64,000 nt of DNA from Octopus vulgaris. Lineage: Eukaryota. Made by a program: the position numbers and the translations under genes. Positions within the stretch are counted from its first letter, which is position 1, and each line of letters begins with the position of its first letter. The DNA lies in the NCBI GenBank assembly GCA_951406725.2, contig OX597829.1, positions 29,760,001 through 29,824,000 of the forward strand. The letters are read 5' to 3'. The notes under the pieces were generated by a model, which saw only the letters and a list, made by a program, of their open reading frames with translations, had not been told where the DNA came from and did no database searches. Positions 36,341 through 51,264 of this stretch are shown here, in pieces.

Positions 36341-37129
36341 GAAAGAGGAAGAGTTTGCCAAGGGTCCAAGAGGCACTTTATTAGGTATCATATTCTTTGA
36401 AGATGATGCAATCTCTAAATTTCTGATCACCAATTCCCAGTCTTCTATGTCATCTTCTTGAAGGCACCAACTGACACTTCATTACCATCATCTTTATCCC
36501 TTTCTTCTCAGCTCCACTCTACTTACTCCCACCTAACCTTATATAATCCACAGTAACCAACACAGGAAAATATTTTCCTGTTCCTTCTTTCATAACATTG
36601 TATAACAAAATTTCAATTTTTTTTTTTTTTTTGTCTTTGGCCAATAAGTGTTATTTCCTATTTGCTTCTATCTAGAAATCAAAGGAAATGACTACTATTC
36701 CCTTCAAACTTTGCTTTTGTGACCTGGACATCACTATTTTGAAACTGACCTATCTTCCATTACATTTCAGATAGATTCAGTGCTGAGTTGCTGAAGCAGA
36801 AATATCATTATAGCAAATATTCTGCTCTTTATCACAGACTTGCTTGTCAGTTACTTAACTTTAACCACTTGAACATGTCCTTTAGTGACTGACTATATGT
36901 GCATCTCTGATCATGGTCATGAACTAAAGGGTTAAAAAGAGAATGTGTAAAGGATGTTCATGTTTGGATCATGTTTGTTCATTGGCCTTCTCAGCAAGAT
37001 TTTACTTTGTGCTACACAACTCAATCATCAACAACTCAGTGTCCCTCAGCTGAGGCAATCACACAAAGAGAGAAAATACTGAAGTCTTGTATATTTTTTT
37101 TTTAAATCAGAATTTAGAAATTGAACCAA

Positions 37130-38130
37130 GTGTGTGTGTAGGTTTTTGTTGTATATGTATGTATATTAGTGTTTGTGTCTGCATGTTTATATGTGTGTAG
37201 ATGTGTGCATGTGTGCATGTGTATGTGCGTATATGTGTGCCTATGTGTGCATGTATGTGTCTATGTGTATATGTGTGGATGTGTGCTTGTGCATGCATGT
37301 GTGAGTGTGTGTATGCCTATACATGTACATGTGCATGTATATGTGTATGTACAGGTTTATGTTGTGCATGTGTATGCATGTCTGTGTGTATGTGCATTTT
37401 ATATACGTGCAAGTGTGTGTGTGTGTGTGTGTGTGTGCATATACATATGGACACATCTACATATGGATGTGTGTGCATGTGTATATGTGAACATTACATG
37501 TAGTGTGTGTGTGTGTATATGTGTGAATGTGAGCATATATGTAATTGTCAGAGAGTCAGTGAAGCTGATGAGTAATAGCTATGACAGTTACCCTATGACC
37601 TTATCCTAAATACATACTTGTTAGTTGTTTAGGGGGGGGGGGAGGTTGGTCAGCTACTAGGTGGGGGTCATGGTGAGAAGAGGACTTCTTTTAATTGTCC
37701 TTTTTCACTGGTGTAGCCCTCTCTCTCTCTCTCTCTCTCTTTCTCCCTCTCTCTCTCTCTTTCTACCTCTCACTCTTTCTCCCTCTCTTCCTCTCTCTCT
37801 TCTCCTTTCTCCCTTTTTCTCTGCCTCTGCCCCCCCTCTCTCTTCGTCTTTCTCATTATCCACTACTTTCATTTCCCTTCACTCTTTCCCTCTCATTATC
37901 TAATTCTCTCATCCTCTCTTCTTTCTCTCTCCCTCTCTCTCTCTCTCTTTCATTATCCAATTTTCCCTGTTCTCTCTCTCTCTCTTCTTAATTCTTTCTC
38001 TTTTTTATTTTGCTCTTTTTCCTTCTATCTCATCTTTTCTTTTAATTTCCCTCTACACTTTCCTTCATTTCTTCCACTACTTCTTCCTCTTTCATATATC
38101 TAATCTCTCTCTCTCTCTTTCTCCCTCTCA
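37130..38130. repeat. Degenerate (TG)n tract followed by (CT)n polypyrimidine tract
   Basis: Directly visible. Confidence 0.85.
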
Positions 38131-38477
38131 CTCACTCTAATCCCCTCCCCCGATACAATTTATGTAGTTCACTAGATCCTCAGATATAATCACTATTCAA
38201 TTCATTAGAAATATCAGCCAAGCACCTCACCCTATTATTTTAAGGGACATGTTGCCACTGGGTTCCTTACTGATTGGTAAAAAAAAGACAGGATTGTCAT
38301 TGTAGGGTCCTGGGATTCCGGCACGACACACAACAAAGAAGATGGGACTGAGATCATCCAAAATTATCCGGTCATGTGCATGACAGCTATTAATTAGCCA
38401 GTAGTGTCGTCATAATCACTCTAATGATTATCATCATAAACATCTCTCTAACCCTATCAACACCACCACTGTCACTG

Positions 38478-39016
38478 TCATCATCATCATCATCATCATC
38501 ATCACAATCAAAACACCATCACCACCAACAACAACGACAACAACACCACTATCACCACAACTGCCACTGCCACAACTGTTGTCGTTGCTGTCATCATCAG
38601 CAGGAGGAGGAGTATAACAACAACAATAGTGGTGGTGGTGGTGGTGGTTGTGGTAGTGGTAGCGGTAGTGGTGGTGGTGGTGGTGGTGGTGGTGGTGGTG
38701 GTTGTGGTTGTGGTTGTGGTGGTGATGGTGGTGGTGGTGGTAGTGGTAGCGGTAGTAGTATTGGTGGTGGTGGTGGTTGTGGTGGTGGTTGTGGTAGTGG
38801 TAGCGGTAGTAGTGGTGGTGGTGGTGGTGGTGGTGGTGGTGGTTGTGGTTGTGGTTGTGGTGGTGATGGTGGTGGTGGTGGTGGTAGTGGTAGCGGTAGT
38901 AGTATTGGTGGTGGTGGTAGTTGTGATGGTGGTTGTGGTGGTGGTTGTGTGGTGGTGGTTGTGGTGGTGGTGGTGGTGGTGGTGGTGGTGGTGGTCGTAG
39001 TAGTAGTAGTAGTAGT
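38478..39016. repeat. (CAT/CAA)n and (GGT)n tract with an internal higher-order duplication
   Basis: Block ggtagtggtagcggtagtagtattggtgg recurs. Confidence 0.85.
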
Positions 39017-39399
39017 TTCTTTATTAACCATTAAAGGTTTACAAAAAGGTCAAGGTTGATACAGGAAGACCCTGGGATTACATGAAAGAGTGCGTAAACT
39101 GAAAAATAACAGTAACAATAAAATTCTAACGATAAAATGATGATGAAGAGTAGGATATTTTGAGGGCTTTTCAGGGAGACCTCACAAAACTTACAGTTAC
39201 CATGATAGCTGGCCATGGGGAAATATTATCTTGCTTGGATACAGGTGAGGATTGGCAACAGGAAGTGCATCAAGTCATAGAGACACTCAACTATGTCTGA
39301 CCTAGGCATGAAGGCATAGAAAAATGAATGTCAAAATGGCAATGATGAGGAGGAGAATGATTATACGAATATGTGTGTGTGTCTATTATATATGGATTG

Positions 39400-39486
39400 G
39401 ATATGTATGCTTGTATGTATGTATGTATGTATGTATGTATGTATGTATGTATGTATGTATGTATAGATGCATGTATGCATGCCTGC

Positions 39487-39519
<33 letters not shown>

Positions 39520-39579
39520 TGCACTTATGTATATATGTATGCATGTATGTATGTATCTATCACTCAATATATGCATATG

Positions 39580-39611
<32 letters not shown>

Positions 39612-39770
39612 TGTATGTATGTATGTATGTATGTATGCATGCATGTAGGTGTGTATACATGTATGTATCTATCAATATATACATATGTATGTGTATATGT
39701 ATGTATGCATGCCTTCATGTATGTATGTAAGTATGTATGTATGTATGTATGTATGTATGTACGCATGTAT
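39400..39770. repeat. (ATGT)n microsatellite
   Basis: Directly visible. Confidence 0.9.
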
Positions 39771-40264
39771 GTTTGTTTGTCATTGTTCAATTTTATTTCA
39801 AGATTTCTTGCCAATAGTGAAAGAGCTGGTTTCTAACCTAGATCCAAAGTTCCTTCATTAGAATTTCAACATCAACAACACGGTATTTTTGTTTGTTTGT
39901 ATGTATGTATATGTGCAGATTTGTATGTTTTGCTTTATGTATGCATTCTCATGCATATAGTTGCATATCTAGACATGCTCATATATATTCAAATGATAAA
40001 ATTCCTATGTATACATGTATGTTTTCTGAAGCAGAAAATTGTCTATGAGATATATTAACAAAGGAAATAATTTCTAAACATTTTCAAAAAATCACTAAAT
40101 CATCAACCAATAAACTACTGCCGCCATACCCTGGGGTATGAGATGATATTTCAGATGACACTTCAGCTAGCATGACAATGAGTGAAAATATATACTTCAA
40201 AATTGTCTGCTAGTATTCTAACTCACTCTTAAGAATACTTTTATTCTACTAATAGAATAAAATC

Positions 40265-40890
40265 GCATGGTTCCTGGTTCAGTCCCACTGCATTGTACCT
40301 TGGGCAAGTGTCTTCTACTATAGCTTCGGGCCGACCAAAGCCTTGCAAGTAGATTTGATAGACGGAAACTGTAAGAAGCTCATCTTATATATGTATATAT
40401 GTATGTGTGTATATATGTTTGTGTGTCTGTGTTTGTCCCCCCAACATTGCTTGACAACCGATGCTGGTATGTTTACGTCCCTGTAAATTAGCGGTTCGGC
40501 AAAAGAGACTGATAGAATAAGTACTAGGCTTACAAAGAATAAGTCCTGGGGTCAATTTGTTCGACAAAAGGTGGTGCTCCAGCATGGCCACAGTCAAATT
40601 ACTGAAACAAGTAAAAGAGTTAAAGAGTAATTGCAATTGATTTTACTGTTTTATATTATTTTACTAATTAAAGGTAGTGAGCTGGCAGAATCATTAGCAT
40701 ACTGGCCAAAATGCTTAGCGACATTTCATCTATCTTTACATTCTGAGTTCAAATTTTACCAAGGCCAAACTTTACCTTTCGTCCTTTCAGATTTGATAAA
40801 ATAGTTACCATTTGAACACTAGAGTTGATGTAATTGACTTATCCTTTCTCCCGAAATTGCTGGCCTTGTATCAAAATTTGCAATCAATAT
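40265..40890 (+). mobile_element. GTAAAAGA-tail SINE (40265-40628) followed by a Meta-like SINE (40670-40890)
   Basis: Homology to 44386-44836 and 48527-48742 respectively. Confidence 0.8.
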
Positions 40891-41454
40891 TTTTAATTAA
40901 ATGATCAATTTACATTTGCATATTATACACTGAGTCCACAGCTTGCTTTTGCTTTCTTTCTTTTCTGTGCTTAATTCATTCACCCATGGTACTGTATGTA
41001 GTTCAATTAGAGGAAAAAGATTTTAAATTATTTACATCATAAGAATTTAGAAACTTCAAGAGAACTTAAAATAAATCGTTTTTAACAACTGAATTCAAAA
41101 TAAATAAAGCTATAAATAAGAGCATGTAAATATTTGGTTAAAATCCCTTTGGAGGCAAAAAGCTGTTGGCTGCCCTTAAGACTTGAACTCACACCTGGTC
41201 TGTCATGTTGATAGTTGTGGGTTTGAATCACAATGGCAGTCTTTGACTTTTTCCATCCACAGGGTTTTTTTTTTTAAACTCAATATTTACATGCTAGTAT
41301 TTATAGCTTAATGTACTTCACATTACATCATTAAAAATAATAAATTAATTATTAGTAAGTCTTTTTCATCTTCAAGGGTGATGTAGAAAGTGCAAAAGTT
41401 AATCAAACATTTCCTTAGAGTTTGAAGCAAAAGAAATATTTGAAAACCACTACC

Positions 41455-41868
41455 AGGCACAGGAGTGGCTGTGTGGCAAGTAGCTTGCTTACTAACCACA
41501 TGGTTCTGGGTTCAGTCCCACTGTGGGGCACCTTGGGCAAGTGTCTTCTTCTATAGCCTCGGGCCGACCAAAGCCTTGTGAGTGGATTTGGTAAACGAAA
41601 ACTGAAAGAAGTTCGTCGTATATATGTATATATATGTGTATGTGTGTGTGTATACACTTGTGTGTCTGTGTTTGTCCCCCCAACATCGCTTGACAACCGA
41701 TGGTGGTATGTTTAGGTACCTGTAATTTAACGGTTCGGCAAAAGAGACCGATAGAATAAGTACTAGGCTTACAAAGAATAAGTCCTGGGGTCGATTTGCT
41801 CGACTAAAGGTGTCGCTCCAGTATGGCTGCAGTCAAATGACTGAAACAAGTAAAAGAGTAAAAGAGTA
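41455..41868 (+). mobile_element. Full-length tRNA-derived SINE with GTAAAAGA tail
   Basis: A-box-like tggctgtgtggc, B-box-like gggttcagtccc, CORE-like ccttgggcaagt, internal TA/TG microsatellite, tail gtaaaagagtaaaagag. Confidence 0.85.
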
Positions 41869-41959
41869 TAGGATCAATCACTAACTAAAATTATCTTGTT
41901 ACAGCCTGCTTAAACTGAGATGTCAGAATAAAAATGTGATCGGATGACTGACAAGAACA

Positions 41960-42430
41960 TGAAAGGAAACATGTAAAAAGGGATGACGTGGAATGAAGTG
42001 GTGAGTAAGGATCTTCAGACATTGGGCCTCACAAAGGTGATGACAAGGGACTGAGACTTCTAGTGGTTTGCTGTGCTTGAGAAGACATGTCAAGCTAAGT
42101 AAAATCGTAGTTGTCCTTACATATCAGGCATGTCCTTCAGCTGAGTGATCCTAATCTTGTGAGCTCATGGCTATCAGTGCCACTTAAAAAGCAGCCGTGC
42201 TGATGCTACGTAAAAGCAACCATGCCAGAGTTACATAAAAGCACTCAGTACAATATGTAAAGTGGTTGACATTAAGAAGGGCATCCAGCCATAGAGTACA
42301 TGCCAAAACAGATATGGAGCCTGGCAGCTCTTCACCTGGCCAGTTCCTGTCAAATCATCCAACCTGTGCTAGCATGGAAAACAGATTTTAAATGATGACA
42401 ACAATGATGATGATAACGTTGATGATGATG
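41960..42430 (+). mobile_element. Degenerate RTE 3' end
   Basis: TWNEVVSKDLQTLGLT.VMTRD and aagggcatccagcc..gctagcatggaaaac..gatgatgat. Confidence 0.7.
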
Positions 42431-44385
42431 ATAAAAAATTAGTTTTATCAAGTAAATGAGAAATAAAAAAGGCTGGAGTTCCTCAAAACTTACAATCGTT
42501 CTTTCAGAATTCAAAGCTGCCATAGAAGTCTCAACGTACATGTAACCAGTAAGCTGGTATAGACAAAACATATCTCTATTGTATATGAAAAACTTTACCA
42601 TTTCTTCCTAACATGAGAGTATAATAAAAGTACTTGTTTTGGTACATTGTATTTTCTCTCTGTTTATTGTTAGTATGCACCACTGTATTTGCCATGGTAA
42701 ATCCATTTAAAGTGAATGCATATGCACCAATGGTTAAAATGTTGAGTACATGATTCTTATGTCATGGGTTTGATTTTTGGAGCAGTTAGTGCATTATGTC
42801 CTTGAACAAGGCTTTTAATTTCACATTGCTCTACTACACTCGGCTGAAAATGAGTAGGATCATGAAGCTAAGAATTTATCCAAATTTTCAAGGTATTTCA
42901 ACTGAAAGTATAACACTCCCTCTTGAATAGGATGGTGAGCAATCATACCGATACCAAGGAGTCAATCCTGTGATAGACTCATGTCCTATCCAAGAGGGAG
43001 TATTTGTACTTTCAGCCTAAATATCTTGAAAATCCAGATAAGCTCCTGGCTTCATCACCCTTGAAGCAAAGATCGAAACCTATAAAAATATATATATAAA
43101 AAAAGAAAAATGAATGTGGGATGGAATGTCTTGTATTTTAACCATGGAAAATGAGAATTATGTCAGCAAATAGATACATCACCTGCCCAAGTAAATAAAG
43201 TAATCAAATCTATCATCTTCTTTATTACTTGTATGTAACACTTAAATATAACTTACTCGACCAAGAAAAGAGATAGGTGTGAAGAAGCCGAAGATTAAGT
43301 GGTCGAAGGCAAATGATGCAGTGAGCTATAAGAAATTTGATGACAAGGTAGAAAGAATGACCATCAAATTCAAAGGGGAATTTAAAGGAAAATTTGGCAG
43401 GATGGTCATTCACCCGCTGACATTCGTTGACGCTGCATCGAAGAAACCAAAGAACAATAGAAAAAAGGAGAAAGAAGAAACGCACTCAACACCAGAACTG
43501 AAGATGCCTCTGAAAGAGGTTGGGCCCACCAAGTCGAAAACAGTAGAGGAATAGGGGCTGAAACTGGATGTGGTTCCTCTTGATGAAGTCTTTAGCCACT
43601 GAATTAAAACTTGCCATAAAAATTTCATGTAAATTTATGCTTTAAACACCAGTTTAATAAGGACAAAGTTATTTTACTAAACTCTTCATTTTTTTAAAAA
43701 TTAACAGGAACAAAGGCGATGGATTTCAATAGAAATATGATGACAAAGTGAATAAATATATCACCCATAATCATAGAAACTATAACATCTTATATTCTGC
43801 TAAATGCCACCTTCCAGTTTTACTCTAATCATCAAATCTCAGAAAAATAAAGTATCATAAATTATCAACAGTCAAAGATTACTACCAAATCTTAAAGGAC
43901 TCTTAATGAAGGCAAAAATGGATGAAATAACTGAACAGGGAACAAACTAAAAAAATTCAAGAATGGGAAGGACTTGAAGGTTAATGAAAATATGAATTGC
44001 GACACAAAAACTCTGCAAGAGAAGTATATTGGCCAAATGGGATTAAAATGAATAAATTGGATTAGGGTGCATAATCCACAAATCAAAGATTTATCTCTTT
44101 AAAATAAATGTTCCATGCAGCAAATATCTAAACATTTGTGCAAACAGTGAAAATTCAAAATATTTCCTTTTTATCAAGATAACAGAAAATGATCAATTAT
44201 GAAAGGCAAAGATGAATACTCTTTAAGTATTCTAAATCCAATAGAAACCTGGAATAGTCAACACTGCTACTAAAAACAATTTCTTCAATACAGATTACTC
44301 CATAACACATGTTTGAAAATCTGTAATTAATGAAAGCACTTACACATTACAATGCTTCTTTTCAAATTATTTGTGTCAGTCGCAT

Positions 44386-44551
44386 AGGCACAGGAGTGGA
44401 TGTGTGGTAAGTAGCTTGCTTACCAACCCCATGGTTCCGGGTTCAGTCCCACTGCGTGGCACCTTGGGCAAGTGTCTTCTACTATAGCCTTGGGCTGACC
44501 AAAGCCTTGTGAGTGGATTTGGTAGACAGAAACTGAAAGAAGCCCATAGTA

Positions 44552-44612
<61 letters not shown>

Positions 44613-44836
44613 GTGTGTGTGTATGTTTGTGTGTCTGTGTTTGTCCCTCCAACATCGCTTGACAACCGATGCTGGTGTGTTTACATCCCCGTAACTTAGT
44701 GGTTTGGCAAAAGAGACCAATACAATAAGTTCTAGGCTTACAAAGAATGAGTCCTGGGGTGGATGTGCTTGACTAAAGGCGGTGCTCCAGCATGGCCGCA
44801 GTCAAATGACTGAAACAAGTAAAAGAGTAAAAGAGT
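44386..44836 (+). mobile_element. Full-length tRNA-derived SINE with GTAAAAGA tail
   Basis: Same structure as 41455-41868. Confidence 0.85.
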
Positions 44837-45120
44837 CTGTTTTTTTAACATTTTTTTTCTTATCTAATTAATAATATAATAAAAACTTTCTTTCTGATAT
44901 TGTAGCAGTATCAAGAATTCCTTCTAAAAACTTTTATCAACAGGCTTCTAAACAGTTTCTGTTTGCAAATATACTCACAATGTATTGGTCTGCCCGAGAC
45001 CAATGCCTTGTGAATAGAAGACACTTTGCCCAAGATGTGATGCCAAGGGACCAAACCTGAAACCATAGTGTTGCAAGACTAACTTCATGACTCCACAGCC
45101 ATGTGTGTGCTTGCTTGTGC

Positions 45121-45159
<39 letters not shown>

Positions 45160-45569
45160 TGCGAGTGTGCATGTGTGCATGCCTGTGGTTGTGTGAAATT
45201 GAATGTTTCAATTCATTTTACTTTGGAAAATATCTTCTCTACAACGGTCCCCACCCACACGGGAAGACAGAAAGTGGTGATTGATGATGGTTACTAGTTA
45301 GATTGTTATGTAGGTGAAAACATATTAAATGATTAAAAACCTGAAAAAAAAAAAAAGAGAAACAACAGCAACAACAAAAAAAAAAACAAAATATATTCGA
45401 ATGAATATCGAGGCTACCCATTGATAAGTAGAAATACAAAAAGTGTATAAATCCACAGTTAATTATGCTTGGCTACAAAGAGAGCAACACGTTCGTTTAA
45501 CAGCTGGTTTACAGAAAAAGAAAAAAAAACAGTAACAGCTATGCCTATATGTGTGTGTAGTCTGTGTTG

Positions 45570-46893
<1,324 letters not shown>

Positions 46894-46947
46894 CGGAGAT
46901 GTACTTCCATAGCAAGTGACCTGATCTGAGATCGTGTGCTGGAACGA

Positions 46948-47094
46948 AAACAGTTGCAGCGTGAGAAGGTGTTTATAAGCCACAAAAACCGTTAGATTCA
47001 CTTCAACATTTAAATTTAAATGTTGAAGTGAATCTAATTGTTTTTGTGTGTTTCTTAAATGGCTTATAAACACCTTCCATGCTGCAATTGTTTA
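46948..47094. repeat. Palindrome (foldback) of about 145 bp
   Basis: ttagattcacttcaacatttaaa|tttaaatgttgaagtgaatctaa core with outer arms gaaggtgtttataagcca and tggcttataaacaccttc. Confidence 0.8.
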
Positions 47095-47112
47095 TATATA
47101 TATACTTTTTTT

Positions 47113-47625
<513 letters not shown>

Positions 47626-47644
47626 TATATGATATATTTTGACA

Positions 47645-48290
47645 AAAGGCTAGCAATTTTGAGGGAAGGGGAATTAGTTGATTTCATCAATCCTATTACT
47701 TGATTAGTCCTTTATTTTATTGATCTCAAAAAGATGAATGGTAAAGTTGACTTTGGTGAAATTTGAACTCGGAACATAAAGAGTTGAATGAAATGCTATG
47801 AAACATTTTGTCCAATGTGTTAACAATTCAATCTGCTTGCTGCCTTAATAAATTCAAATTTTGGTACACACAAGGCCAGCAATTTTGGGGAAGGGGATAA
47901 GTTGATTAGATTAACCCAGTGTTTAACTGGTACTTATTTTATCGACCCTGAAATGATGAAAGGTAAAGTCAACCTTGGCAGAACTTGAACTCAGAACATA
48001 AAGACAGATTAAATGCTGCTATGCATCATGGCTGGCATGCTAACAATTCTGCCAGTTTACCATCTTTGTCTCCTTAATAATAATAATAATTATTATTATT
48101 TTTAATGTTGGCATAAGGGGCAGGAATCTAGTTGACTACTTTGATCATAATACTTAATTGGTATTTTATTGGTTCTGATACATGGCAGAGTTGAGCTTGA
48201 CAGGATTTGAACTTGGAACATAAAGAGTCAAAAGAAATGTCCATAAGCATTTTGACTAAAGCATAAATAATTCTGCTAGCTTGCTACCTT
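47645..48290 (-). mobile_element. Three consecutive degenerate Meta-like SINEs
   Basis: ttgaactc[ga]gaacataaaga or a close variant occurs at about 47763, 47985 and 48207. Confidence 0.7.
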
Positions 48291-48526
48291 TGTGAATGTT
48301 GCATAGCTGAATACTGGATGTCTGAGTTATTTAAAGTATCTTAAAGCATATGCAGCAACCTGTCAAAAAAAATTTTTTTTTTTAAAACTCTATATGCAGT
48401 ACCTAAGTGAAAAATAACTTATCCAGGAATTGAAACCTAAAACCAAATTAGCTGTCAAGTAGCTTATTTCCTCTAAAACAAACACAATGTAGATATAAGA
48501 AGAATAACTAATATATATTGAAGCTT

Positions 48527-48742
48527 AAGGCAGTGAGCTGGTAGAATTGTTAGCATGCCAGGCAAAATGCTTAGCAGTATTTCGTCTGTCTTTACATTCT
48601 GAATTCAAATTCTACTGAGTTTGAGGTTGACTTTCATCCTTTGTGGTTGATAAAATAAGTACCAGTTGAGCACTGTGATCAATGTAATTGATTTACTCCC
48701 TTCCCTGAAATTGCTGGCCTTGTGCCAAAATTTGAAACCAAT
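48527..48742 (+). mobile_element. Meta-like SINE
   Basis: aaggcagtgagctggtagaa..ttcaaattc..tttcatcctttgtggttgataaaataagtaccag. Confidence 0.75.
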
Positions 48743-49449
48743 ATATACTGAGGCTTATTCTCCTTGCTGATATCCTGGCTTTGTTTCAAAGTTTTTTTTT
48801 TATGTCAAAAGATCATTCCCTATTCCAATAGAAAATATGTTTATTTATATATTTATTTATTGAAATATAAACTGCTGAAAGATTGGCTTATTAACAAATA
48901 TGCTAATATTTAAAATATTTAAAAAAAATATTTTGTAATGTCAGTCGCTCTTTTGTGTGAACACCTTGTGGAAGATGTGATTATTGAACTTCTCTTTTAT
49001 GGAATTAGATAAATAAATGAATATATTTATAATTCCTCACCATCATGTTCATCGTTATTATCATCCTCATTATCATCACTTAGCATCTGTCTTCCATGCT
49101 GGCATCAATTGAATGATTCAACAGGATCCAATGAGTAGGAAAGCTGTGTTAAGCTCTACTGCCAGCTTTGGCATGGTTTCTACAGCAGGTTACCCATCAT
49201 AACATCAACCATTTTACAGCATGTATTCAATACATTTTTGTGAAACTGGCATCAGTGAGTTTGCCATGTCACTAGCAATATTAAGGAAAAGCTCCTTTGA
49301 CTTAGAAGGAGTATAGTAGAAAGGAAGTTGTTGAGAGACTTACATATGACAGAAGGATAGGTACAGATATGTTGTTGTAGAGGAGATACATGGTTACCCT
49401 ACATTACATAAATGTGGGTAAGAGTAACTGGAAAGGGAGAAAAAAAACA

Positions 49450-49668
49450 GTGGCGAGCTGGCAGAAATGTTAACACGCCAGGTGAAATGCTCAGCAGTAT
49501 TTTGTCTGTCGCTACGTTCTGAGTTCAAATTCTGCCGAGGTCAACTTTGCCTTTCATCCTTTTTGGGGTCGATTAAATAAGTACCAGTTATGCACTGTGG
49601 TCGACATAATCAACTTAATCCGTTTGTCTCCTTTATGTGTAGCCTCTTGTGGGCAGTAAAGAAATAAA
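49450..49668 (+). mobile_element. Meta-like SINE
   Basis: Homologous to 6232-6462. Confidence 0.75.
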
Positions 49669-50519
49669 AAAACAGTGGTAACAAAGTGTTAGGGTGTACT
49701 CTCAAAAGTACAAGAAGGTGAATAGAAGAGAGACAAACGACAGAAGACTGGGAAGGGTGAGTGGGTAAGTTCACAAGAGTGTGAAAGGTGAGTAACAGAT
49801 GATTACATATGAGGTCAGAGGTAAGCTTATTGGATGGTGAACAAGGGTGGAGGCATGGTCAGTGGTGAATATCAGTTTGGGGAGGAAAGGTGAAGGAAAT
49901 AAGAGAGGTTCAGGAAGGAGAAGATAAGTAGTACAGAAAAAGTGTAGAGCAGTAGTATAATAAAACAGTAGAGTGGAGATGAGAGAGAGGGGGGGGGGGG
50001 AGAGGAGAGAGAGAGATATGTACAGTGACAGAGATGGAAGTCAGAGGCACTTAGGAGTGGATATAGTGAATGACAAACAAAGAACAAAGATGGAAAGGGG
50101 TGCTGTTGATCACAGATATGAAATGGATCATTGCTCTTTGATCTTCATTGGTGCACATTGCTAGTGGAGTGGCCATGCTTACATTGTAAAACCAAAGAAA
50201 AATGGCATGATCAGGCTCAATGTATTGTATATGCAAAAAAGAAGCACACTCTAAAACATGGAGCAGTAATGTATTTATATGTAGTTAAGTATATGTCCAG
50301 TCATAAAGTGACCGGTGGTATTCCTGCCTCCCATAGGTGATTGATGGATTCCTGCTACCTAGAGGTGAAGAGTTACATTTGTCTTCAGCTTTAGAGTCTG
50401 ATAAGATGTCCATGGGACTAAGCCTTTTTTTGGATGCGGAACCATTGGTCACTCTATGACTGGACATAGACTTAGCTACATATACATATATATATGCTAC
50501 ATATACATATATATATTAG

Positions 50520-50558
<39 letters not shown>

Positions 50559-51154
50559 AGTATATATATGTATCATCATCATCAGAATTTAACATCCATT
50601 TTCAGTGCTGGTATGGGTCAGATGGTTCTACAGGAGCTGGCAAGGCTGAAAGCCACACCAGGTTCCATTGTCTATTTGAGCATAGTTTCAATGGATGGAT
50701 GCCTTTCCCAAAGCCTATATATATATATGTTGTAAAATGGTCTTTTGTCACTGTTGTATCTGTATTTTGGTCACTCTGACAGATATTGTTATATTCTAAA
50801 GTTGTCAATAGAATGGTTCTATCTAGCACTGTATGACCTCCTGTCGTACAGTGTTATTATCCTCAAAAGGCTGGATTGTTATAATGTCCACTCAGTATCA
50901 CAATATAATTACTGTATCAGCACAGACACAACTATCAACACAGTCTGCACATACTCTCGACCTTCAACCTCCTCATGTTGACTGGCAACTACCATGACTG
51001 GCTACTACCACTTTTCACATCTCTACTTTTAATTCTTTTATTTAACAATCAATTTCTTTTATTCACACTACTGTCTCCTTGTATATATACATATACATAC
51101 ATACATACATACATACATACTACATACATACATACATACATACATACATACATA

Positions 51155-51185
<31 letters not shown>

Positions 51186-51226
51186 CATACATACAAGCAT
51201 ACATACATACATACATCTAGCAAAAA

Positions 51227-51264
51227 CTGTCCGATGAACGGCAACGCGAAACTCAGAGTAACAG
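51227..51264 (+). ncRNA. Minimal hammerhead-like motif with one core substitution
   Basis: ctgt-CCGATGA-acg gcaa cgc-GAAA-ctcagag-TA-acag; stem I ctgt/acag pairs. Confidence 0.4.

Noticed and set aside
43279-43554. Lys-rich 91-aa ORF as a host gene
   Set aside because: GTG start, no recognisable family or splice support; the N-terminal part resembles a LINE fragment.
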